From Eledone cirrhosa (lineage: Eukaryota), in contig OZ024760.1 of the NCBI GenBank assembly GCA_964016885.1, positions 9,114,001 to 9,178,000 of the forward strand: a stretch of DNA of 64,000 bases, in the 5' to 3' direction. Position 1 is the stretch's first letter; each line of letters begins with the position of its first letter. The notes under the pieces are model-generated. The model saw nothing but the letters and a program-made list of their open reading frames with translations. It did not search any database and had not been told where the DNA came from. A program made the translations under genes and the position numbers. This document shows, in pieces, positions 12,346 through 24,100 of this stretch.

Positions 12346-12612
12346 AAAATTAAGATAAATCAAATGAATTTAATCTAAATCAAAATTATGGGTGTCGTGC
12401 CAGAAAGACATGCACCATATCACCTGCAAAATAAGCTCTAAGATTCTAACGAGTAGGTCCGAGCATTTTATAATAACTAGAGATTGATTAACATATAAAT
12501 AAACATGAATAATCACAGGAGATAATTTTTACAAGTGTGTTACACACTTGTAAAAATTATCCCCTGTGATTATTTATGTTTATTTATATGTTAATCAATC
12601 TCTAGTTATTAT
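12342..12612. mobile_element. Dispersed repeat ending in a ~70-bp-arm fold-back inversion centred at 12541
   Basis: ...gataatttttacaagtgtgt-t-acacacttgtaaaaattatc...; arms ~12469-12540 and 12542-12612. Confidence 0.8.
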
Positions 12613-12816
12613 ATATTATATACATATATATCTAGTTATTATATATTATATACATATATATCTAGTTATTATATATTATATACATATATATCTAGTTATT
12701 ATATATTATATACATATATATATAGTTATTATATATTATATACATATATATCTAGTTATTATATATTATATACATATATATATAGTTATTATATATTATA
12801 TACATATATATATAGT
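12601..12816. repeat. 30-bp tandem repeat x7 (tctagttattatatattatatacatatata)
   Basis: Exact 30-bp phase visible in the sequence lines. Confidence 0.95.
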
Positions 12817-12817
12817 T

Positions 12818-13203
12818 TTAATATATAGAGGAGATTCTACAGGACTAGAACTGTTTCATTCTTTAGAAATCATCAGGAATCTGGCTTTCAAAAAATAAAT
12901 GTTGTGGTGTTTATATCTTTTCAGGTGGTAGGAGAGGGTGGGGAGTGGGATGGGTGGAGGTCATTGGGTGAAAGAAAAGGGAATTCATTAAAAGCTAATT
13001 CTTTAAGGCTATAATTTATATTTAGAGTGACAAAGGCAGAAAGAATTCTATAAACAAGTTCAGAATGGGGTGCCACTCTTTATTTTTAAAGAATGAAACA
13101 GTTCTAGTCCTGTAGAATCTCATCTATATTAAAACTTTTATACTCTGCCATGTATTGAGTACCTTACTTACTGTGGTTACCTCCGATTCAACCCGGAATA
13201 ACG

Positions 13204-13205
<2 letters not shown>
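12818..13205. mobile_element. Penelope-like element terminal fragments in inverted arrangement
   Basis: Minus-strand segment ending in a hammerhead motif, followed by a plus-strand partial copy (13085-13205) of the same terminus; flanked by (TA)n; no RT/GIY-YIG coding seen. Confidence 0.55.
12832..12882 (-). ncRNA. Minimal type I hammerhead ribozyme motif
   Basis: Minus strand: AGAUUC CUGAUGA u-UUC-uaaa-GAA-u GAAA CAG uucuaguc CUG UA GAAUCU; intact core, 6-bp stem I, GUA cleavage triplet. Confidence 0.7.
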
Positions 13206-13234
<29 letters not shown>

Positions 13235-13259
13235 TTAATGCATACTCACATAAATATGC

Positions 13260-13313
<54 letters not shown>

Positions 13314-13398
13314 GTAGGTCCCGGGTTGAGTCGGGGATAACCACAGTAAGTAAGGTACTCAATACATGGCAGAGTAAAAATGTTTTATTTTATAGAAG

Positions 13399-13448
13399 GA
13401 GCTTCTACAGGACTAGTACTGTTTCATTCAGATGAAATCTTCAGGAAG
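13399..13448 (-). ncRNA. Minimal hammerhead motif (mirror copy on the minus arm of the fold-back)
   Basis: CUUC CUGAAGA uuucaucugaau GAAA CAG uacuaguc CUG UA GAAG; stem I only 4 bp. Confidence 0.55.
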
Positions 13449-13459
13449 AACTTCCTGAA

Positions 13460-13512
13460 GAGCTTCCTGAAGATTTCATCTGAATGAAACAGTACTAGTC
13501 CTGTAGAAGCTC
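13460..13512 (+). ncRNA. Minimal type I hammerhead ribozyme motif
   Basis: GAGCUUC CUGAAGA u-UUCA-uc-UGAA-u GAAA CAG uacuaguc CUG UA GAAGCUC; 7-bp stem I. Confidence 0.7.
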
Positions 13513-13524
13513 CTTCTATAAAAT

Positions 13525-13558
<34 letters not shown>

Positions 13559-13603
13559 GGAGGAGTTGTGGTAAGGAACCAGATGGACCATAATGCACCA
13601 GAG

Positions 13604-15465
13604 TACTTTAGTCCAGAAATAGACGTCGAAATGGCTTGAGCTACTTTAGTCCAGAAATAGATGTCGAAATGGCTTGAGCTACTTTAGTCCAGAAATAGCC
13701 GTTGAAATGGCTTGAGCTACTTTAGTCCAGAAATAGCCGTTGAAATGGCTTGAGCTACTTTAGTCCAGAAATAGCCGTTGAAATGGCTTGAGCTACTTTA
13801 GTCCAGAAATAGATGTCGAAATGGCTTGAGCTACTTTAGTCCAGAAATAGCCGTTGAAATGGCTTGAGCTACTTTAGTCCAGAAATAGCCGTTGAAATGG
13901 CTTGAGCTACTTTAGTCCAGAAATAGATGTCGAAATGGCTTGAGCTACTTTAGTCCAGAAATAGACGTCGAAATGGCTTGAGCTACTTTAGTCCAGAAAT
14001 AGATGTCGAAATGGCTTGAGCTACTTTAGTCCAGAAATAGACGTCGAAATGGCTTGAGCTACTTTAGTCCAGAAATAGACGTCGAAATGGCTTGAGCTAC
14101 TTTAGTCCAGAAATAGATGTCGAAATGGCTTGAGCTACTTTAGTCCAGAAATAGATGTCGAAATGGCTTGAGCTACTTTAGTCCAGAAATAGATGTCGAA
14201 ATGGCTTGAGCTACTTTAGTCCAGAAATAGACGTCGAAATGGCTTGAGCTACTTTAGTCCAGAAATAGCCGTTGAAATGGCTTGAGCTACTTTAGTCCAG
14301 AAATAGCCGTTGAAATGGCTTGAGCTACTTTAGTCCAGAAATAGATGTCGAAATGGCTTGAGCTACTTTAGTCCAGAAATAGACGTCGAAATGGCTTGAG
14401 CTACTTTAGTCCAGAAATAGACGTTGAAATGGCTTGAGCTACTTTAGTCCAGAAATAGCCGTTGAAATGGCTTGAGCTACTTTAGTCCAGAAATAGCCGT
14501 TGAAATGGCTTGAGCTACTTCAGTCCAGAAATAGCCGTTGAAATGGCTTGAGCTACTTCAGTCCAGAAATAGCCGTTGAAATGGCTTGAGCTACTTTAGT
14601 CCAGAAATAGCCGTTGAAATGGCTTGAGCTACTTTAGTCCAGAAATAGATGTCGAAATGGCTTGAGCTACTTTAGTCCAGAAATAGCCGTTGAAATGGCT
14701 TGAGCTACTTTAGTCCAGAAATAGATGTCGAAATGGCTTGAGCTACTTTAGTCCAGAAATAGCCGTTGAAATGGCTTGAGCTACTTTAGTCCAGAAATAG
14801 CCGTTGAAATGGCTTGAGCTACTTTAGTCCAGAAATAGCCGTTGAAATGGCTTGAGCTACTTTAGTCCAGAAATAGCCGTTGAAATGGCTTGAGCTACTT
14901 TAGTCCAGAAATAGCCGTTGAAATGGCTTGAGCTACTTCAGTCCAGAAATAGCCGTTGAAATGGCTTGAGCTACTTCAGTCCAGAAATAGCCGTTGAAAT
15001 GGCTTGAGCTACTTTAGTCCAGAAATAGCCGTTGAAATGGCTTGAGCTACTTTAGTCCAGAAATAGCCGTTGAAATGGCTTGAGCTACTTTAGTCCAGAA
15101 ATAGCCGTTGAAATGGCTTGAGCTACTTCAGTCCAGAAATAGCCGTTGAAATGGCTTGAGCTACTTTAGTCCAGAAATAGCCGTTGAAATGGCTTGAGCT
15201 ACTTTAGTCCAGAAATAGCCGTTGAAATGGCTTGAGCTACTTCAGTCCAGAAATAGCCGTTGAAATGGCTTGAGCTACTTTAGTCCAGAAATAGCCGTTG
15301 AAATGGCTTGAGCTACTTTAGTCCAGAAATAGCCGTTGAAATGGCTTGAGCTACTTCAGTCCAGAAATAGATGTCGAAATGGCTTGAGCTACTTTAGTCC
15401 AGAAATAGACGTCGAAATGGCTTGAGCTACTTTAGTCCAGAAATAGACGTCGAAATGGCTTGAGC
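13604..15465. repeat. 38-bp tandem array, 49 copies (tactttagtccagaaatag[acgtc/atgtc/ccgtt]gaaatggcttgagc)
   Basis: Period 38 with no indels; (15466-13604)/38 = 49. Confidence 0.95.
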
Positions 15466-15583
15466 TCTGCCATGGGGGTCATACTTTCTCTTATAGATAT
15501 ATACATAATTGGTGTGGGATGCTTAAAGCGTCCGTAAGCGGTAGGCCATTTGAGCACTCGATGCTCTTATATAGCAGAGTATA

Positions 15584-15881
15584 ATATCACATAAGAAACG
15601 GAGAATCAGGTGGTGCGACGAATAAAATTTATTAGACATATTACAATCGTTTCTCTGGCAACCAGCTCGAGGCACAATCGATGTAATGATCGAACCTGAT
15701 TCTGAAATCGCAAGATCCTCAGATACATCATGATTCTACGAAGCAGAGTTTCCAAATGTCCAGTTACTGGACATTTGGAAACTCTGCTTCGTAGAATGTG
15801 CCTTGAGCTGGCCGCTAGAGAAACGATTGTAATATGTCTAATAAATTTTATTCGTCGCAACACTGATTCTCCATTTCTTAT

Positions 15882-15888
<7 letters not shown>
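15584..15888. repeat. Long imperfect fold-back with a perfect 32-bp-arm core hairpin
   Basis: 15733-15764 and 15766-15797 are exact reverse complements; outer arms 15584-15676 and 15797-15888. Confidence 0.85.
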
Positions 15889-15938
<50 letters not shown>

Positions 15939-15940
<2 letters not shown>

Positions 15941-16267
15941 CCCCCACCGCCATCTACACCACCCCTTTCGATGTAAAGCTATGTTGGTACCACAACATCC
16001 AGTTCTAAATAAATGAGGTCGTGTAGGTGTCACGACAAAAAACACACACAGTCCACGCTGTAATGTGGCCGTGTAGGTAACACGGTAAAAACCTCCCAGT
16101 CCCACACTGTAAACGTGGTTGGTGTTAGGAAGGGCATCCAGCCGTAGAAAACCCGCCAGACAGTCCTATGCGAGCAAGACAACCAATCTTGCCTCAAGTG
16201 GGACAATTCCCGTCCAGACCCATGCAAGCGTGGAAAATGGACGTTAAACGATGATGATGATGATGAT
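15939..16267 (+). mobile_element. 5'-truncated copy of the 11891-12313 element
   Basis: Sequence similarity; preceded by (TA)n; (GAT)n tail. Confidence 0.75.
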
Positions 16268-16518
16268 ATACTTTGGGAGGGTCATACAGCCAATAAAAAC
16301 ACCCGCACCAGTTGGTTTTCAGTTCAATCTATTGCAAATTTCCAGTTGATTGGCGCAATAACCAGATAGTTGTTTATCTACTATCAAAGCTCTTTCATCA
16401 CACATATTCCACCTGCTTGTGGTGGAGTCACTAACATTGTTAGAACTCAATATGTCCTTGGGAAAATGGTTAAAATAAGATTCGGCAGTGTGTCCAGTAG
16501 TTTTTGTGGTAGGTGGTC

Positions 16519-16847
16519 AACCTCCTGGGTTAGTAGAGTGAGAACTTCACAGACTGAGGAACAGAACCTCCTGGGTTAGTAGAGTGAGAACTTCACAGAC
16601 TGAGGAACAGAACCTCCTGGGTTAGCAGAGTGAGAAGCTCACGGAGGGAGGTACAGAACCTCCTGGGTTAGTAGAGTGAGAACTTCACAGACTGAGGAAC
16701 AGAACCTCCTGGGTTAGTAGAGTGAGAACCTCACGGAGGGGGGGACAGAACCTCCTGGGTTAGCAGAGTGAGAAGCTCACGGAGGGAGGAACAGAACCTC
16801 CTGGGTTAGTAGAGTGAGAACCACATGGGCTGAGGGACAGAACCTCC
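16519..16847. repeat. 46-bp tandem repeat, ~7 copies
   Basis: aacctcctgggttagtagagtgagaacttcacagactgaggaacag and variants. Confidence 0.9.
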
Positions 16848-16849
16848 AA

Positions 16850-18134
16850 AGTTAGCAACTTTTGAGTTAGAACCACACAAACTGAGAGACGGATGGTAAT
16901 TTGGAAGAGGATATGTAAGCTATGGGAACTTTCAGTGTCAAGATGGGATTGGCCTGGTTGGTGCCTTTGACAGTAAGGAAGTGGAATTAGAGACTTGCTG
17001 AAGGCAGAGGATATGGAGGTGGAATAGTAAAGTGGATGATGCAATTTAAGCTAAGCACCAGGTACACTCTGTAAGGAGGGAAGCTGAAAATAAGAAGTTT
17101 GCACATGTCTCACATTATGAGGTGTTCCAAATGAAGATGACGCTGAGGGGGAACTGCATCCAAAATGACCGCGGCACATTTGTCTTCAATGATGTAGAAA
17201 AGAAGGAAGCATGGAACAACGATTATAAGAGATTGTTGAATGAGGAAAATACATGAGAAGAAGCTTATCTCAGACCTGAGAGGAGCAGCCATCTAAGTTA
17301 ACAGCAGTTTTGTAAGTAAGGTCATTAAGGATATAAAGACAGGTAAAACAGCTGGACCATAGAATGAATCAGGTAATACAGGATAGTTCCAGACAATGAT
17401 TGGTGTAGTAGCATCATTGACAACAGCTACAAAGGCAAGGAAGGGCACACTAGACAGAGGAAACCTTAGAGGCATTAAATTAAATTAAATGGATCAAGTA
17501 ATGAAAGTCACTGAAAGAGTTATAGTACAACTAATTAGGGATAGAGTTAACCTAGACAAAATGCAGTTTTACTTTGTGCTAAGGTACCACACACAGATGC
17601 TCTCTTCCTTGTGAGATAACTGCATAAGTACTTAGCTAAGGAATAAGCCCCAGAACTTAGCTTTCATTACCCCAAAGAAAAGTTTCCAACAGGATACTTC
17701 ATTCTATAATCTGGAGGGCTTTTAGGAAACTATGGATAAATAAATGACTGATGAGAACTGTACAAGCCATAGCAAGGTTAGGGTTAACAATGTCAGGAGT
17801 TTAGTGTGCAGGTAGGGATCCACCCCTCCTGTTTGTAATAGGCCATAACAGAAGAGTTTAAGATTGGTTGCCCATGGGAACTTTGAAATGCAGATAAGGG
17901 AACTAAAGAAGAAATTCCAGGCTTGGAAGCTAAATCTGCAATTGAAAGTCCTAAAAGACAATTTAGTAAAAACTAGAGTCCTGGTAAGTAGGAAAGAGGA
18001 CAGGGCCTTGATCTTGTCAGAGAAATTGTCATGCTCAATACACAAAAAAGAAACTGCATAGTGTGCACAAAATGTACAATGGGTTACACTAGGTATAGCA
18101 GGATTTTGGGAAGGTTATGAAAATATACAGGTTA
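16850..18134 (+). mobile_element. Decayed RTE LINE ORF, left part (interrupted by the satellite)
   Basis: VSKVIKDIKTGKTAGP, LDRGNLRGIKL..MDQVMKVTERVIVQLIRDRVNLDKMQF, KFQAWKLNLQLKVLKDNLVKTRVLVS, then remnants CSIH..VCTKC..WV..RYSRILGRL. Confidence 0.8.
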
Positions 18135-21100
18135 AGTATGTAGGGTGTGCATTGAAGCAGGGTGTAAAGTATGTAGAAGGTGCATTGAAGTAGGATGTAA
18201 AGTGTGTAGAAGGTGCATTGAAGTAGGGTGTAAAGTGTGTAGAAGGTGCATCGAAGTAGGATGTAAAGTGTGTAGAAGGTGCATCGAAGTAGGATGTAAA
18301 GTGTGTAGAAGGTGCATTGAAGTAGGGTGTAAAGTGTGTAGAAGGTGCATTGAAGTAGGGTGTAAAGTGTGTAGAAGGTGCATTGAAGTAGGGTGTAAAG
18401 TGTGTAGAAGGTGCATTGAAGTAGGGTGTAAAGTGTGTAGAAGGTGCATTGAAGTAGGGTGTAAAGTGTGTAGAAGGTGCATTGAAGTAGGATGTAAAGT
18501 GTGTAGAAGGTGCATTGAAGTAGGATGTAAAGTGTGTAGAAGGTGCATTGAAGTGGGATGTAAAGTATGTAGAAGGTGCATTGAAGTAGGGTGTAAAGTG
18601 TGTAGAAGGTGCATTGAAGTAGGGTGTAAAGTGTGTAGAAGGTGCATTGAAGTAGGGTGTAAAGTGTGTAGAAGGTGCATTGAAGTAGGATGTAAAGTAT
18701 GTAGAAGGTGCATTGAAGTAGGGTGTAAAGTGTGTAGAAGGTGCATCGAAGTAGGATGTAAAGTGTGTAGAAGGTGCATCGAAGTAGGATGTAAAGTGTG
18801 TAGAAGGTGCATTGAAGTAGGGTGTAAAGTGTGTAGAAGGTGCATTGAAGTAGGGTGTAAAGTGTGTAGAAGGTGCATTGAAGTAGGGTGTAAAGTGTGT
18901 AGAAGGTGCATTGAAGTAGGGTGTAAAGTGTGTAGAAGGTGCATTGAAGTAGGGTGTAAAGTGTGTAGAAGGTGCATTGAAGTAGGATGTAAAGTGTGTA
19001 GAAGGTGCATTGAAGTAGGATGTAAAGTGTGTAGAAGGTGCATTGAAGTGGGATGTAAAGTATGTAGAAGGTGCATTGAAGTAGGGTGTAAAGTGTGTAG
19101 AAGGTGCATTCAAGTAGGGTGTAAAGTGTGTAGAAGGTGCATTGAAGTAGGGTGTAAAGTGTGTAGAAGGTGCATTGAAGTAGGATGTAAAGTATGTAGA
19201 AGGTGCATTGAAGTAGGATGTAAAGTATGTAGAAGGTGCATTGAAGTAGGGTGTAAAGTGTGTAGAAGGTGCATTGAAGTAGGGTGTAAAGTGTGTAGAA
19301 GGTGCATTGAAGTAGGGTGTAAAGTGTGTAGAAGGTGCATTGAAGTAGAGTGTAAAGTATGTAGAAGGTGCATTGAAGTAGGGTGTAAAGTGTGTAGAAG
19401 GTGCATTGAAGTAGGGTGTAAAGTGTGTAGAAGGTGCATTGAAGTAGGATGTAAAGTGTGTAGAAGGTGCATTGAAGTAGGGCGTAAAGTGTGTAGAAGG
19501 TGCATTGAAGTAGGATGTAAAGTGTGTAGAAGGTGCATTGAAGTAGGGTGTAAAGTGTGTAGAAGGTGCATTGAAGTAGGATGTAAAGTATGTAGAAGGT
19601 GCATTGAAGTAGGATGTAAAGTGTGTAGAAGGTGCATTGAAGTAGGATGTAAAGTGTGTAGAAGGTGCATTGAAGTAGGATGTAAAGTGTGTAGAAGGTG
19701 CATTGAAGTAGGATGTAAAGTGTGTAGAAGGTGCATTGAAGTAGGATGTAAAGTGTGTAGAAGGTGCATTGAAGTAGGGTGTGAAGTGTGTAGAAGGTGC
19801 ATTGAAGTAGGGTGTAAAGTGTGTAGAAGGTGCATTGAAGTAGGATGTAAAGTGTGTAGAAGGTGCATTGAAGTAGGGTGTAAAGTGTGTAGAAGGTGCA
19901 TTGAAGTAGGGTGTAAAGTGTGTAGAAGGTGCATTGAAGTAGGGTGTAAAGTGTGTAGAAGGTGCATTGAAGTAGGGTGTAAAGTATGTAGAAGGTGCAT
20001 TGAAGTAGGATGTAAAGTGTGTAGAAGGTGCATTGAAGTAGGGTGTAAAGTGTGTAGAAGGTGCATTGAAGTAGGGTGTAAAGTATGTAGAAGGTGCATT
20101 GAAGTAGGATGTAAAGTGTGTAGAAGGTGCATTGAAGTAGGGTGTAAAGTATGTAGAAGGTGCATTGAAGTAGGATGTAAAGTATGTAGAAAGTGCATTG
20201 AAGTAGGATGTAAAGTATGTAGAAGGTGCATTGAAGTAGGATGTAAAGGGTGTAGAAGGTGTATTGAAGTAGGATGTAAAGTATGTAGAAGGTGCATTGA
20301 AGTAGGATGTAAAGTATGTAGAAGGTGCATTGAAGTAGGGTGTAAAGTATGTAGAAGGTGTATTGAAGTAGGATGTAAACTGTGTAGAAGGTGCATTGAA
20401 GTAGGATGTAAAGTATGTAGAAGGTGCATTGAAGTAGGGTGTAAAGTGTGTAGAAGGTGTATTGAAGTAGGATGTAAAGTATGTAGAAGGTGCATTGAAG
20501 TAGGATGTAAAGTGTGTAGAAGGTGCATTGAAGTAGGGTGTAAAGTGTGTAGAAGGTGCATTGAAGTAGGGTGTAAAGTGTGTAGAAGGTGCATTGAAGT
20601 AGGGTGTAAAGTGTGTAGAAGGTGCATTGAAGTAGGGTGTAAAGTGTGTAGAAGGTGCATTGAAGTAGGGTGTAAAGTGTGTAGAAGGTGCATTGAAGTA
20701 GGGTGTAAAGTGTGTAGAAGGTGCATTGAAGTAGGATGTAAAGTATGTAGAAGGTGCATTGAAGTAGGATGTAAAGTGTGTAGAAGGGGCATTGAAGTAG
20801 GATGTAAAGTGTGTAGAAGGGGCATTGAAGTAGGATGTAAAGTCTGTAGAAGGTGCATTGAAGTAGGGTGTAAAGTGTGTAGAAGGGGCATTGAAGTAGG
20901 ATGTAAAGTGTGTAGAAGGTGCATTGAAGTAGGGTGTAAAGTGTGTAGAAGGTGCATTGAAGTAGGGTGTAAAGTGTGTAGAAGGGGCATTGAAGTAGGA
21001 TGTAAAGTGTGTAGTAGGTGCATTGAAGTAGGGTGTAAAGTGTGTAGAAGGTGCATTGAAGTAGGGTGTAAAGTGTGTAGAAGGTGCATTGAAGTAGGGT

Positions 21101-24100
21101 GTAAAGTGTGTAGAAGGTGCATTGAAGCAGGGTGTAAAGTGTGTAGAAGGGGCATTGAAGTAGGGTGTAAAGTGTGTAGAAGGTGCATTGAAGTAGGATG
21201 TAAAGTGTGTAGAAGGTGCATTGAAGTAGGGTGTAAAGTGTGTAGAAGGTGCATTGAAGTAGGGTGTAAAGTGTGTAGAAGGGGCATTGAAGTAGGATGT
21301 AAAGTGTGTAGAAGATGCATTGAAGTAGGCTGTAAAGTGTGTAGAAGGGGCATTGAAGTAGGGTGTAAAGTGTGTAGAAGGTGCATTGAAGTAGGATGTA
21401 AAGTGTGTAGAAGGTGCATTGAAGTAGGATGTAAAGTGTGTAGAAGGTGCATTGAAGTAGGGTGTAAAGTGTGTAGAAGGGGCATTGAAGTAGGGTGTAA
21501 AGTGTGTAGAAGGGGCATTGAAGTAGGATGTAAAGTGTGTAGAAGGGGCATTGAAGTAGGGTGTAAAGTGTGTAGAAGGTGTATTGAAGTAGGATGTAAA
21601 CTGTGTAGAAGGTGCATTGAAGTAGGATGTAAAGTATGTAGAAGGTGCATTGAAGTAGGGTGTAAAGTGTGTAGAAGGTGTATTGAAGTAGGATGTAAAG
21701 TATGTAGAAGGTGCATTGAAGTAGGATGTAAAGTGTGTAGAAGGTGCATTGAATTAGGGTGTAAAGTGTGTAGAAGGTGCATTGAAGTAGGGTGTAAAGT
21801 GTGTAGAAGGTGCATTGAAGTAGGGTGTAAAGTGTGTAGAAGGGGCATTGAAGTAGGATGTAAAGTATGTAGAAGGTGCATTGAAGTAGGATGTAAAGTG
21901 TGTAGAAGGGGCATTGAAGTAGGATGTAAAGTGTGTAGAAGGGGCATTGAAGTAGGATGTAAAGTCTGTAGAAGGTGCATTGAAGTAGGGTGTAAAGTGT
22001 GTAGAAGGGGCATTGAAGTAGGATGTAAAGTGTGTAGAAGGTGCATTGAAGTAGGGTGTAAAGTGTGTAGAAGGTGCATTGAAGTAGGGTGTAAAGTGTG
22101 TAGAAGGGGCATTGAAGTAGGATGTAAAGTGTGTAGTAGGTGCATTGAAGTAGGGTGTAAAGTGTGTAGAAGGTGCATTGAAGTAGGGTGTAAAGTGTGT
22201 AGAAGGTGCATTGAAGTAGGGTGTAAAGTGTGTAGAAGGTGCATTGAAGTAGGGTGTAAAGTATGTAGAAGGTGCATTGAAGTAGGATGTAAAGTGTGTA
22301 GAAGGGGCATTGAAGTAGGATGTAAAGTGTGTAGAAGGGGCATTGAAGTAGGGTGTAAAGTGTGTAGAAGGTGCATTGAAGTAGGATGTAAAGTGTGTAG
22401 AAGGTGCATTGAAGTAGGATGTAAAGTATGTAGAAGGTGCATTGAAGTAGGGTGTAAAGTGTGTAGAAGGTGCATTGAAGTAGTGTGTAGAAGATGCATT
22501 GAAGTAGGATGTAAAGTGTGTAGAAGGGGCATTGAAGTAGGATGTAAAGTGTGTAGAAGGTGCATTGAAGTAGGATGTAAAGTGTGTAGAAGGTGCATTG
22601 AAGTAGGATGTAAAGTGTGTAGAAGGTGCATTGAAGTAGGATGTAAAGTGTGTAGAAGGGGCATTGAAGTAGGATGTAAAGTGTGTAGAAGGGGCATTGA
22701 AGTAGGATGTAAAGTGTGTAGAAAGTGCATTGAAGTAGGATGTAAAGTGTGTAGAAGGGGCATTGAAGTAGGGTGTAAAGTGTGTAGAAGGGGCATTGAA
22801 GTAGGATGTAAAGTGTGTAGAAGGTGCATTGAAGTAGGATGTAAAGTGTGTAGAAGGTGCATTGAAGTAGGATGTAAAGTGTGTAGAAGGTGCATTGAAG
22901 TAGGATGTAAAGTGTGTAGAAGGTGCATTGAAGTAGGGTGTGAAGTGTGTAGAAGGTGCATTGAAGTAGGGTGTAAAGTGTGTAGAAGGTGCATTGAAGT
23001 AGGATGTAAAGTGTGTAGAAGGTGCATTGAAGTAGGGTGTAAAGTGTGTAGAAGGTGCATTGAAGTAGGGTGTAAAGTGTGTAGAAGGTGCATTGAAGTA
23101 GGGTGTAAAGTGTGTAGAAGGTGCATTGAAGTAGGGTGTAAAGTATGTAGAAGGTGCATTGAAGTAGGATGAAAAGTGTGTAGAAGGTGCATTGAAGTAG
23201 GGTGTAAAGTGTGTAGAAGGTGCATTGAAGTAGGGTGTAAAGTATGTAGAAGGTGCATTGAAGTAGGATGTAAAGTGTGTAGAAGGTGCATTGAAGTAGG
23301 GTGTAAAGTATGTAGAAGGTGCATTGAAGTAGGATGTAAAGTATGTAGAAAGTGCATTGAAGTAGGATGTAAAGTATGTAGAAGGTGCATTGAAGTAGGA
23401 TGTAAAGTGTGTAGAAGGTGTATTGAAGTAGGATGTAAAGTATGTAGAAGGTGCATTGAAGTAGGATGTAAAGTATGTAGAAGGTGCATTGAAGTAGGGT
23501 GTAAAGTATGTAGAAGGTGTATTGAAGTAGGATGTAAACTGTGTAGAAGGTGCATTGAAGTAGGATGTAAAGTATGTAGAAGGTGCATTGAAGTAGGGTG
23601 TAAAGTGTGTAGAAGGTGTATTGAAGTAGGATGTAAAGTATGTAGAAGGTGCATTGAAGTAGGATGTAAAGTGTGTAGAAGGTGCATTGAAGTAGGGTGT
23701 AAAGTGTGTAGAAGGTGCATTGAAGTAGGGTGTAAAGTGTGTAGAAGGTGCATTGAAGTAGGGTGTAAAGTGTGTAGAAGGTGCATTGAAGTAGGGTGTA
23801 AAGTGTGTAGAAGGTGCATTGAAGTAGGGTGTAAAGTGTGTAGAAGGTGCATTGAAGTAGGGTGTAAAGTGTGTAGAAGGTGCATTGAAGTAGGATGTAA
23901 AGTATGTAGAAGGTGCATTGAAGTAGGATGTAAAGTGTGTAGAAGGGGCATTGAAGTAGGATGTAAAGTGTGTAGAAGGGGCATTGAAGTAGGATGTAAA
24001 GTCTGTAGAAGGTGCATTGAAGTAGGGTGTAAAGTGTGTAGAAGGGGCATTGAAGTAGGATGTAAAGTGTGTAGAAGGTGCATTGAAGTAGGGTGTAAAG

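Larger units (their letters stand above)
13313..13530. mobile_element. Second Penelope-like terminal fragment forming a ~66-bp perfect inverted repeat
   Basis: 13383-13448 is the reverse complement of 13463-13528; 13313-13400 is an inverted homologue of 13110-13205. Confidence 0.6.

Noticed and set aside
13604-15465. 38-bp repeat as a CRISPR array (also considered for the 33-48 bp arrays)
   Set aside because: Units are head-to-tail with no unique spacers, there are no cas genes, and the context is eukaryotic
15584-15888. Hammerhead ribozyme or pre-miRNA in the third fold-back
   Set aside because: GAAAC...GTA is present but no correctly placed CUGANGA core; a perfect stem with a 1-nt loop fits a TE inversion better than a miRNA precursor
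18145-23172. CKVCRRCIEVGC as a 4Fe-4S ferredoxin motif
   Set aside because: Spacing is C-x2-C-x2-C-x4-C with no CP, and the origin is explained by the LINE Cys-rich motif
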